Part shown: positions 18,868-27,626 of the stretch, in pieces
How the letters are laid out: the number at the start of each line of letters is the position of its first letter
Position numbering within the stretch: the stretch's first letter is position 1
Assembly: GCA_047971145.1 (NCBI GenBank)
Contig: JBKDZL010000028.1
Coordinates: 11,556-75,555, forward strand
Reading direction: 5' to 3'
Source of the DNA: Erysipelotrichaceae bacterium
GTDB lineage: Bacteria > Bacillota_I > Bacilli_A > Erysipelotrichales > Erysipelotrichaceae
Length of the DNA: 64,000 nt
Notes under the pieces: model-generated
The model's input: only the letters and a program-made list of their open reading frames with translations
What the model was told of the DNA's origin: nothing
The model's database searches: none
Translations under genes and position numbers: made by a program

Positions 18868-20268
18868 ATGAGTAATAAAAGTGAGACAGCAAAAAAGAAA
18901 TTTGGCCTGCTGACTACCGTCGCTATGATTGCAGGTATCGTCATTGGCTCTGGCATCTTTTTTCAGACACCAAAAGTCATCTCTGCTGTAAATGGTAATA
19001 TTTGGTTGGGAATTTCTGGCTATTTAATTGTTGCAAGTAGTATTATTTTTGGTGGTATTAGTGTTTCACAATTTTCTCGTATGGATGATAAAGCTGGTGG
19101 ATTGATTAGATATTGCGAAATTGCTTGGGGCAAAACACTAGGTTTTTTGGCTGGCTGGACTCAATGTGTATTATATTATCCAGCAATTATTGCTGTGGTA
19201 GGTTGGGTTGCTGCAAATTATCTTTTTGCCCTATTTGGTAAAGCTAATATGCTTACAAGTGCTCAAGCTTATATAAATGGTGGGCTCTCTTCTACCGTAA
19301 GTCTTTGGACTTGTGCTATTGCTATAATACTTTGTATCTACACTTTTAACATTGTTAAAACAAAATATGCTGGTAAGTTTCAATCAATTTCTTTAGTTGC
19401 AAAACTCTGCGCTTTAATATTTTTAACTATTGTTGGTTTGATTTTTGGTGAGCCTTTAGAATTGTTTAGCACTGCTGATCAATTTCCTGCCAATAGTTCA
19501 GCTATGATTGCTGTTTTAGCAACTATTGCTTTTGCTTATGATGGTTGGCTAATTGCTCCAACTATTGCCCATGAAATTAAAGATGCTAAAAAGAATTTAA
19601 CTAAAGCTTTAATTTTTGCACCGCTATTAATTACAATAATTTATGTCTTGTTTTTTATTAGTTTAACTTCATTTGTTGGGCCACAAGCCATTTTAGATGG
19701 TGCTGATCCTACTGCAGTATTGGCAACAAGCATTTTTGGTGATATTGGCATGAAAGTGATTTTCTCTTTTGTGATTATTTCTATTTTTGGCAGTATTAAT
19801 GGTTTGATTTTAGTCTATATTAGAACACCCTATTCTTTAGCTATTCGTAATGAAATACCCTTTAGCAAACAATTAGCAAAAATAAATAAGAAATATGATA
19901 TTCCTGTCAATTCAGCTTTTGTTAGTTTATTAGTAGTATTAATTTGGATGTTTTTACACTTTTCAGCTGTTGATGGTTCTATTTTCCTTGGGTGGAATTT
20001 TGCAGAGGGTTTAGCAATTGATATTCTTCCAATTGTAATAATGTACTTTTTCTATTCAATTTTATATTTAGGTGTAATGCTAAATATATCTAAAAATTTT
20101 ACTAAAAGTAAACTATTGTATCGCTGGATTGCACCAATATTGGCATTGATAGGCTCTTTAATTATAATCTTTGGGGCTGTGAGTGATCCAAAATTCATTT
20201 TATATATCAGTATATCGGCTATAGTATTACTAATGGGTTTATTGCTTAAACCTAGAAAAAATGTATAA
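18868..20268 (+). CDS. APC-superfamily amino acid permease
   Basis: 466 aa, about 12 TM helices, with an N-terminal KKKFGLLTTVAMIAGIVIGSGIF motif typical of APC permeases. GGGGGA RBS. Confidence 0.8.
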   Translation: MSNKSETAKKKFGLLTTVAMIAGIVIGSGIFFQTPKVISAVNGNIWLGISGYLIVASSIIFGGISVSQFSRMDDKAGGLIRYCEIAWGKTLGFLAGWTQCVLYYPAIIAVVGWVAANYLFALFGKANMLTSAQAYINGGLSSTVSLWTCAIAIILCIYTFNIVKTKYAGKFQSISLVAKLCALIFLTIVGLIFGEPLELFSTADQFPANSSAMIAVLATIAFAYDGWLIAPTIAHEIKDAKKNLTKALIFAPLLITIIYVLFFISLTSFVGPQAILDGADPTAVLATSIFGDIGMKVIFSFVIISIFGSINGLILVYIRTPYSLAIRNEIPFSKQLAKINKKYDIPVNSAFVSLLVVLIWMFLHFSAVDGSIFLGWNFAEGLAIDILPIVIMYFFYSILYLGVMLNISKNFTKSKLLYRWIAPILALIGSLIIIFGAVSDPKFILYISISAIVLLMGLLLKPRKNV

Positions 20269-20305
20269 TTATATTTAGTAATTTATAAAAATTAAGAGGT
20301 GAAAT

Positions 20306-21295
20306 ATGAAAAGAATGGTGAGTGGCATTAAACCCAGTGGGCAGTTAACCTTAGGAAATTATATTGGAGAAATAAAACAATTTGTTGACTACCAAGATGA
20401 ATATGAAATGTTTGTCTTCATTGCCAATTTACATTGTATTACTAATTATATCGATAAACAAGAATTAAAGAAAAATCTCTATGATTGTGCTGCGCTTTAT
20501 TTAGCTTGTGGCTTAGATACTAAAAAAACCACTCTATTTTTACAATCTGATGTAAAAGAACATGCTCAATTAGGGTTTATATTAAGTTGTAACACTTATT
20601 TAGGCGAATTAAATAGAATGACACAATATAAAGATAAACTAGCGAAAAATGATAATCAAACTTCTTTAAGCGCTGGTTTTTACACTTACCCTACTTTGAT
20701 GGCGGCTGATATTATGATTTATGATGCTGATTATGTACCAGTGGGAATTGATCAAAAGCAACATGTTGAATTAGCTCGAGATATTGCTCTAAGGTTTAAT
20801 AATAAGTATGGTGAAACCTTTAGAGTTCCTACTCCTGTAAGCCCCAAAATTGGAGCCAAGATTATGTCTTTAAGTGATCCAACTAAAAAAATGAGTAAAT
20901 CTGAGGAATCAAATAAAGGTTGTATTTATTTATTAGATGATATTAAGATAATCAGAAAAAAAATTATGTCAGCTAAAACTGATGATTTGGCAAAAGTGAG
21001 CTATGATGTTGAAAACCAACCGGGGATCTCAAATCTTTTAGTAATTATGTCCGCTTTAAGTAATACCTCTATTCCAGAAATTGTTAGTGAATTTGCAAAT
21101 AGTGGTTATGGTGAATTTAAAAAGGCTGTAGCTGATGTAGTATGTAATAGTATTCAAGATATTCAAAATAAATATCACGAAATTAATGAAGCTCAAATTG
21201 TTAATAGCGTATTGAAAGAAGGTAAAGAAAAAGCTAGCTTTTATACTAATAAGAAATTAGCCAAGGTTCAAAAAAGAATTGGTCTGGATTGGTAA
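20306..21295 (+). CDS. trpS: Tryptophan--tRNA ligase
   Basis: SGIKPSGQLTLGNYIG (HIGH-region equivalent), YPTLMAADI, GIDQKQHVELARDIA and KMSKS. Confidence 0.95.
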   Translation: MKRMVSGIKPSGQLTLGNYIGEIKQFVDYQDEYEMFVFIANLHCITNYIDKQELKKNLYDCAALYLACGLDTKKTTLFLQSDVKEHAQLGFILSCNTYLGELNRMTQYKDKLAKNDNQTSLSAGFYTYPTLMAADIMIYDADYVPVGIDQKQHVELARDIALRFNNKYGETFRVPTPVSPKIGAKIMSLSDPTKKMSKSEESNKGCIYLLDDIKIIRKKIMSAKTDDLAKVSYDVENQPGISNLLVIMSALSNTSIPEIVSEFANSGYGEFKKAVADVVCNSIQDIQNKYHEINEAQIVNSVLKEGKEKASFYTNKKLAKVQKRIGLDW

Positions 21296-21339
21296 GCATG
21301 TTATACTTAAATTAAATTTGTAGAAAAGGAGAAATCTAA

Positions 21340-22065
21340 ATGATAAAATTAAATAATATAACAAAAGTGTTTAATGGAAGTTTTAAGGCAGTTGATGAGT
21401 TGAGTGTTGAGTTTAGTGATGGTGAAATTATTGGATTGATCGGTCCAAATGGTGCTGGAAAATCTACAACAATGAAAATGATCACTGGAATCATTAACCC
21501 CACAGAAGGAAATATTAATATCAATGGTTTTGATATTACTAAACAACCAATTGAAGCAAAAAAACAATTCTCTTTTGTTTCTGATTCACCTGATGCTTTT
21601 TTACGTCTTAAGGGAATCGAGTATTTAAATTTTATCGCAAATATTTATCAGGTTGATAAACAAATAAGAAATGAAAAAATAAATAAATTAAGCAAAGATT
21701 TTGCGATGGATGAAGTGCTTAATGATCAGATAAAATCTTACTCACATGGTATGAGACAAAAAATAATGATTATTGGCGCACTATTGCACGAGCCTAATGT
21801 TTGGATCTTAGATGAACCATTAACTGGTTTAGATCCCCAATCAGCTTTTCTATTAAAAGAAAAAATGCGTGAACATGCCGCTTTAGGTAACACTATAATT
21901 TTTTCAACTCATGTATTAGAAGTAGCTGAGAAATTATGTTCAAAAGTATGTATTATTAATAAAGGTAAACAAATGTTTTTTGGCACACTAGATGAATTAA
22001 AGTCTAAATATGCTGATAATCTTACTTTAGAAGAACTATTCTTTAAGGTGACAGCTGATGAATAA
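21340..22065 (+). CDS. ABC transporter ATP-binding protein (ABC-2 exporter type)
   Basis: Walker A GPNGAGKST, signature YSHGMRQK, Walker B ILDEPLTGLD, H-loop STHVLE. Confidence 0.9.
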   Translation: MIKLNNITKVFNGSFKAVDELSVEFSDGEIIGLIGPNGAGKSTTMKMITGIINPTEGNININGFDITKQPIEAKKQFSFVSDSPDAFLRLKGIEYLNFIANIYQVDKQIRNEKINKLSKDFAMDEVLNDQIKSYSHGMRQKIMIIGALLHEPNVWILDEPLTGLDPQSAFLLKEKMREHAALGNTIIFSTHVLEVAEKLCSKVCIINKGKQMFFGTLDELKSKYADNLTLEELFFKVTADE

Positions 22066-23749
22066 TATAATTTTATTAACCAAGATCTTTTTAGGTAATA
22101 GTAGTTTTATTACCACTAACTCTAAAAAAAAGAGATTTAATATATAAACTTGGCTTAAATATTTATTAATATTAGGTTTAGTTTTATTTTTTATGATGGG
22201 CATTGCAAAATTTACTGAATCCCTTACTCGTGGATTATTGATGTTTAATCAAGAACAGTTATTAATTGCTTTGGCACTATTTTTAGTAACTATTTTGATC
22301 TTTGTTTTCTCTTTACTATCTATTCCAGGAATCTTATTTTTCAGTAATGATATTGAAAGAGTTTTACCACTGCCAGTTAAACCATTTGAAATAATTATTG
22401 CCAAGATAATTGCTGCAACTTCAACACAATATTTAATTTCTTTATTCTTTTTAATATCAATAATTATTGGTTATATTCTTTGTGTTCCAGTTGATATTTT
22501 CTTTATTTTTAAAATGATAGTTGCGCTAGTGTTATTTCCAATTGTTCCAGCTTTACTAGCAAGTATATTTGTTATTTTATTAGTTAAATTTTCAGGTTTT
22601 CTTAAAAATCAGGACCAATATAATATCTTTATCATGATTTGTAGTTTTATTTTCTTAGCATTTTATTATATATTTATATTTAATAATGGTTTTGAAGAAA
22701 CTCAAATGATTGATTTGATAATCAAAGGTGGCAATTCTCTTGTGACACTTCTTGGAACGTTCTTACCGCATATTGCTTTCCTTATTGAGTTTATTTTTCA
22801 AAATAATATCCTATCTTTCTTGATATTTTTAATCATAAATTTAATTGTATTTGCACTTGCAATTTTAATCGCTCAAAAATACTATCTAGCTGGAGCGCTT
22901 AAAGTAAATAATATTGCTAGTAATAAAACCAAGTTTAGTAGTAAATAACTTGAAAAAAATTCTAATATTAAGTCTACTTATTTCAATACTGCTAGTCGTG
23001 ATATTAAAGAACTACTACGCTCACCTATTTTCTTTATGAATTGTTTTATGACACCACTTTTAATACCCATAAGTATGATCGTCGGTGCTGCATTTGGTGT
23101 TTCTCAAGTAGGTGGAAGTATTGCTGAAGTAGCTGAAGTGTTTAGTGAAATTACCACTTTCCTAAAAGCTGAGGAGTTTATGATTTTTTCAATAGTTTTG
23201 ATTGGCGCTGCTATGATGGCGTTAGTGTTCTTTCTCTCAAGTAGTTGCACCGCAATATCAAGAGAAGGAAGTCAATTCAATATTCTTAAATCTTACCCTA
23301 TTGCGATGGAAAAACAATTATTGGGTAAAACTTTTGTAAATTTATTTATCTTTAGTATATTTACGCTGATTGCGGCGACTATAGCAGCAATATTATTTAA
23401 TTTCCTTTATCAAAATGTAGTAATGGCCATTGTTTTATTTATCTTAATCATTGTAATATCTGAAATTGTTGTATTCAGCTCTACACTTACCACTATCGCA
23501 ATTGATGGAATAAAACCTAAATTAATTTGGACAACTGAGCAAGAAGCTGTAAAACAAAATTATTTTGTATTAATTACTCTTGTAATTGGCATTGCTCTTT
23601 TAGTAATAATTGGTTTTAGCTTTGCCTTTTTACCATTTATTTCACTTATTAATGGTTGTATTATTATAATTGGCTATTTAGCCTTCTTACCTTTTTCTTG
23701 GTTTTTCTATAAAAAATCAATTACTGCTTTATGCCAAAAAGATATTTAA
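22058..23749 (+). pseudogene. ABC exporter permease (putative-ABC-exporter family), one reading frame interrupted by two in-frame TAA codons
   Basis: The ATG at 22058 overlaps the ATPase stop (ATGA-type coupling). One frame runs to 23749 with TAA at 22145-22147 and 22946-22948 and no frameshift. The two track ORFs (22193-22948 and 23036-23749) and the unlisted 29-codon N-terminal piece are all in this frame. The inter-ORF pieces encode plausible protein (TWLKYLLILGLVLFF and LEKNSNIKSTYFNTASRDIKELLRSPIFF) and lack their own starts or RBS. Confidence 0.7.
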
Positions 23750-23784
23750 ACTTACTTAATTTCATTAGCATTAAAATAGTTAGT

Positions 23785-23820
23785 ATAAAATAAAAAGGGG
23801 CTAGCCCTTTTTTATTTTAT
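23785..23820. terminator. Bidirectional rho-independent terminator between the convergent ABC permease gene and rnfB
   Basis: ATAAAATAAAAAGGGGCTAGCCCTTTTTTATTTTAT: a GC core palindrome (GGGCTAGCCC) flanked by A-run and T-run arms. Confidence 0.7.
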
Positions 23821-23846
23821 AGTCTTAATGAATAAATTCAGCTCAA

Positions 23847-24155
23847 TTAAATAACTACTTTAAAATCATCACCATTATCATCTTTAATAGTTGCTAAGTA
23901 CTCAGCTAAAGTTTGTTTTTGAGCTGGTTTTGCAGTTTTACAAGTTGATAATGATTTCACTTCACCCTTAAGTATGCACTCAGCGAAAGCTTGACATCCA
24001 GCATAACCACAACCACCACAGTTAAATCCTGGCAATAATTCAACAGTTTCTTCCAATCTCTCATCAACCTCTACACCAAAGAATTTATGGGCTAAACCTA
24101 AACCCAGACCTAATATGATTCCTAATGATACCATAACAATACTTGCTTCTAACAT
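23847..24155 (-). CDS. rnfB: Rnf complex subunit B, short form (membrane anchor plus N-terminal Fe-S domain only)
   Basis: 102 aa. A TM helix followed by LPGFNCGGCGYAGCQAFAECI...C, the RnfB N-terminal [4Fe-4S] motif. There are no CxxCxxCxxxCP ferredoxin repeats. The ORF stops 27 nt before a strong terminator. Confidence 0.8.
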   Translation of the reverse strand: MLEASIVMVSLGIILGLGLGLAHKFFGVEVDERLEETVELLPGFNCGGCGYAGCQAFAECILKGEVKSLSTCKTAKPAQKQTLAEYLATIKDDNGDDFKVVI

Positions 24156-24156
24156 C

Positions 24157-24333
24157 TTATTTACCTTCTTTCATATTAATATGGTGCTCACAATCCACCA
24201 TTTTACAACCATCACAATCTGTAGTTAAATTTTCACAACCAGCAGGTACTGGCGTATTCTTATTAAGATAATACAGTAAGGCATATACTCCTGCAAATCC
24301 AGAAATAATAATTAATAGTATTAATTGTGACAT
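24157..24333 (-). CDS. Small (58 aa) Cys/His-rich single-pass membrane protein between rnfA and rnfB; not in the ORF track
   Basis: Own translation: MSQLILLIIISGFAGVYALLYYLNKNTPVPAGCENLTTDCDGCKMVDCEHHINMKEGK. The ATG overlaps the rnfA stop (TAATG). Its stop lies 1 nt before the rnfB ATG. It fills the whole 177-nt gap. Confidence 0.55.
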   Translation of the reverse strand: MSQLILLIIISGFAGVYALLYYLNKNTPVPAGCENLTTDCDGCKMVDCEHHINMKEGK

Positions 24334-24905
24334 TAGACAATTCCTGCTAATCCAGTCAGAGCTAAAGCCATAACTGCCGCAACAATAAAGGCAATTGGAT
24401 TACCTTGAAATGCTTTAGGTGGATTAGACATTTGCAATTTAACTCTAATAGTCGAGAAGATATAAAGTACCAATACAAAACCAACTGAAACACCAAAAGC
24501 ACTTACCATACTTTCGACAAAGTTGTATCCCTGAGAAATATTTTCTCTTGCGACAAACAAAACCGCACAATTAGTAGTAATAAGCGGTAAGTATATCCCC
24601 AAAGATTTATAAAGTGCTGGTAAGAATTTCTTAATAATTATTTCAGTTAATTGAACAAAAGAAGCAATAACTAAAATAAAGACAATTAAGTACATATATT
24701 CAATTTCAAATGGAACTAAGACATAGTAATTTAAAACCCAGGTAATCGCAGCTGAAGCCATAATTACAAATGTTACAGCACCACCCATACCTAAAGCACT
24801 CTCAGTCTTTTTCGAGACACCTAAGAATGGACATAGTCCCAAAAATTTTGATAAGACAACATTATTTATTAAAGCTGCCGCAATAAACATTGAAAATAAA
24901 TTCAT
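24333..24905 (-). CDS. rnfA: Rnf complex subunit A
   Basis: INNVVLSKFLGLCPFLGVSKKTESALGMGGAVTFV is the RnfA/NqrE signature. 190 aa, 6 TM helices. Confidence 0.92.
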   Translation of the reverse strand: MNLFSMFIAAALINNVVLSKFLGLCPFLGVSKKTESALGMGGAVTFVIMASAAITWVLNYYVLVPFEIEYMYLIVFILVIASFVQLTEIIIKKFLPALYKSLGIYLPLITTNCAVLFVARENISQGYNFVESMVSAFGVSVGFVLVLYIFSTIRVKLQMSNPPKAFQGNPIAFIVAAVMALALTGLAGIV

Positions 24906-25540
24906 TATTTAGCCCCCTCTTTCTTTTCTTGTTTTTCTTTAAGCCAAGCTACGCCAGCCGCTAATATTGCAAAAGTAATAAAAGCCCCAGCAGCTGAGCT
25001 AAACAAAGAGATAGTATAAGCTTCAGGAATAATGGTGATTGAGAAGACTTCAACATTAGTTAAAGGATTAGTGAAGCTTAAAATACCACTACCCAAAACT
25101 TGTCTTATTACTGATAAAACAATTAAAGCTAAAGTATAACCAACACCCATACCTACAGCATCAATAAACGACTTGAATGGACCATTCTTACTAGCATAAG
25201 CTTCCACTCTTCCTAAAATAATACAGTTAACAACAATTAATGCAATAAATGCACCTAAACTAGTAGAAAGCTCGGGAGCATAAGCATCCATTAACATTTG
25301 AACAATAGTAACCAATGTTGCGATAATAACAATATAAACTGGTATTCTAATTTCTTGAGGAATAACATTTCTTAAAATAGAAATAATAACCTCAGCAACA
25401 ATTAAAACAAAAATAACAGAAACACCCATTCCCACCGCATTAGTTAAGCTAGTAGAAACTGCTAAAATTGAACATAAACCTAAATATAGAGCAAAGACAG
25501 GATTTTCTTTAATTAAACCATTTTTAAAATTTTCCCACAT
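24905..25540 (-). CDS. rnfE: Rnf complex subunit E
   Basis: ENPVFALYLGLCSILAVSTSLTNAVGMGVSVIFVL is the RnfE/NqrD signature. 211 aa. Confidence 0.92.
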   Translation of the reverse strand: MWENFKNGLIKENPVFALYLGLCSILAVSTSLTNAVGMGVSVIFVLIVAEVIISILRNVIPQEIRIPVYIVIIATLVTIVQMLMDAYAPELSTSLGAFIALIVVNCIILGRVEAYASKNGPFKSFIDAVGMGVGYTLALIVLSVIRQVLGSGILSFTNPLTNVEVFSITIIPEAYTISLFSSAAGAFITFAILAAGVAWLKEKQEKKEGAK

Positions 25541-25551
25541 TTTGATACCCC

Positions 25552-26475
25552 CTATTGATAATTAGCAGAAAAATTATTTCTTGCTAATTCTATTCCTTCT
25601 ACAACTGCACTACTTGAAACTGTAGCACCACTAATCAAATCAATCTCAACACTTAATTCACTGCCAACTACCGCATCAATAAATTCACTGTTTGTAACTT
25701 TATCTCCAATTCCTTTAGTTTCCTTACTAGCAGAAACAACACCATAGTAAGTTATAACACCATTAAGGTCAAAAGCTACAATAAAATTAATATCACCACC
25801 ATAACCTTTAACACTAACATCATAAACATAGCCTAAATCAGCAGCTTGATAAATGCCGTTAATACCATTAGCACTATCATCAGCAACTAAAGTTTTCTCA
25901 ACATCAGCAAATGCTAATTCAACACTTGCTACTTCAGGCTCACTTGGCAGATCAACTGCTAAACCACTTGCATAATTTTCAGCAAAATTAACTCGTGCGG
26001 CATTAATACCTGTTTTAATTGCTGTACTTGAAATCGTAGAGCCAGAAATTAAATCAACCTCATCATTAATACTTTGACTAGTAATATCAGCAATATAATC
26101 ATCATTAGCAATTTTATCACCAATACCTGAGGTTTCATTATGCTCCACTACTTTGTAATAAACAGTATTACCTTCCATATCAAAAGCAACATAAAAGATA
26201 ATATCACCACCATAACCACCTTGGGCTAATTTATAAATATAACCTTCGCTGCCAGCTTTATGTATTTCTAAGATACCATTAGCATCATCGCTGCCAACTA
26301 ATTCAATATCAGCTGCAGGAAAATCAGGGAAGGCCTCAGCTAAGGCAGCATTAGCATTTTTAGCTGCATGCTCCGCAATAATAGGTGCTGTTACTACATT
26401 TACTAAAGATAGTATTAATCCTGATAATAAACAAACTACCGCTAAAAAAACAGGTAGAATAACCATTTTTTTCAT
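25552..26475 (-). CDS. rnfG: Rnf complex subunit G with tandem duplicated FMN-binding domain
   Basis: N-terminal TM anchor, then two homologous FMN_bind-like modules: residues ~48-168 ending ...DLISGSTISSTAIKTGINAARVNFAENY and residues ~188-306 ending ...DLISGATVSSSAVVEGIELARNNFSANY. Confidence 0.85.
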   Translation of the reverse strand: MKKMVILPVFLAVVCLLSGLILSLVNVVTAPIIAEHAAKNANAALAEAFPDFPAADIELVGSDDANGILEIHKAGSEGYIYKLAQGGYGGDIIFYVAFDMEGNTVYYKVVEHNETSGIGDKIANDDYIADITSQSINDEVDLISGSTISSTAIKTGINAARVNFAENYASGLAVDLPSEPEVASVELAFADVEKTLVADDSANGINGIYQAADLGYVYDVSVKGYGGDINFIVAFDLNGVITYYGVVSASKETKGIGDKVTNSEFIDAVVGSELSVEIDLISGATVSSSAVVEGIELARNNFSANYQ

Positions 26476-27620
26476 TATAAATTCACCTCCACTACCTCTT
26501 CAATTATTATTGAAGGTTGAGCTAAACTAAGATTAGTAGGTTCTAAACCCTTACCAATAAAGAAAAATAACACACAACCTAAAAGAAATAAACAGCTAGA
26601 AATAATAAAACCTTTTTTAACTAATTGAACTTCATTACCGCAAGTCCAACTATCAATCATCGGTACTAACATATTCATAATTAAAATTGAAAATAAAACT
26701 CCCTCAGGCAAATTAGCTTTAACTCTAATTAAAACAGTCAAGAAAGCTAATCCAACACCAAAAATCACTCTACCTGAATTACTAACTGGCGTGGTAACAG
26801 GATCAGTCGCCATAAAAACTGCACCAAACGCTAAACCACCAATACTAATATGCATTATTGGATACCACAAACCAATACCATTAACCATTCCCATACCCTG
26901 AGATATAGCAATCAGCCAAGTAAAAACAAAAACTGAGCCAATATAGAAAACAGGAATACGCCAATCAATGACTTTCTTAATTATCAAATAAACTCCACAC
27001 AATAAAATAATTAAAGTAAAAGTTTCACCCATCGCCCCTGGATAAAAACCCAAGAAAAGATTAGGTAGACTACCAAACTCACTCATAAACGCTTGATAAA
27101 CATTAGAATCTAAAATCAACCAATTTATACTAGCTAAAGTGGTAGTTGGAGTAGCCATAGTTGCAAGATCTGACACAGCAACCCCTAAAAAAGAAGCAAA
27201 TACAACCGCTCTACCAATACCAGCTGGATTAAAAATATTTTTACCAAAACCACCAAATAATAATTTCCCCAATACCAAAGCGGCGATAGTAGAAATAATA
27301 ATTGCATAATAACTAATCGTAATACTACAAGTTAAAACCAAAATAATTGAAGTAACCCATGGAAAACTCTGATTTAAAAACTTCAGAACATTAGTTTTTA
27401 AATAAAACTTAGCCCACAACATTTCCACAACTACACCAGTCACAATTGCAGTTAACATTAACAATAACGCTCTAAGTGCATATTCTGCACCAAATGCTGT
27501 TCCATAGTAATAAAGAGTAAAACCAAACACCACCAACAAACACAATGTAACATCAAGCATAATTTTTTGTGTTGATGATTTATCTTTCATTACTGGAGAC
27601 GATTTAAAATTAAATTTCAT
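26475..27620 (-). CDS. rnfD: Rnf complex subunit D
   Basis: Polytopic NqrB/RnfD family: FNPAGIGRA, and MATDPVTTPVSNSGRVIFG containing the flavinylation-region motif. Confidence 0.92.
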   Translation of the reverse strand: MKFNFKSSPVMKDKSSTQKIMLDVTLCLLVVFGFTLYYYGTAFGAEYALRALLLMLTAIVTGVVVEMLWAKFYLKTNVLKFLNQSFPWVTSIILVLTCSITISYYAIIISTIAALVLGKLLFGGFGKNIFNPAGIGRAVVFASFLGVAVSDLATMATPTTTLASINWLILDSNVYQAFMSEFGSLPNLFLGFYPGAMGETFTLIILLCGVYLIIKKVIDWRIPVFYIGSVFVFTWLIAISQGMGMVNGIGLWYPIMHISIGGLAFGAVFMATDPVTTPVSNSGRVIFGVGLAFLTVLIRVKANLPEGVLFSILIMNMLVPMIDSWTCGNEVQLVKKGFIISSCLFLLGCVLFFFIGKGLEPTNLSLAQPSIIIEEVVEVNL

Positions 27621-27626
27621 ATTCTT

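Noticed and set aside
20269-20305. T-box or other leader directly upstream of trpS
   Set aside because: The gap is only 37 nt and contains just the RBS (AAGAGGTGA). There is no T-box core sequence.
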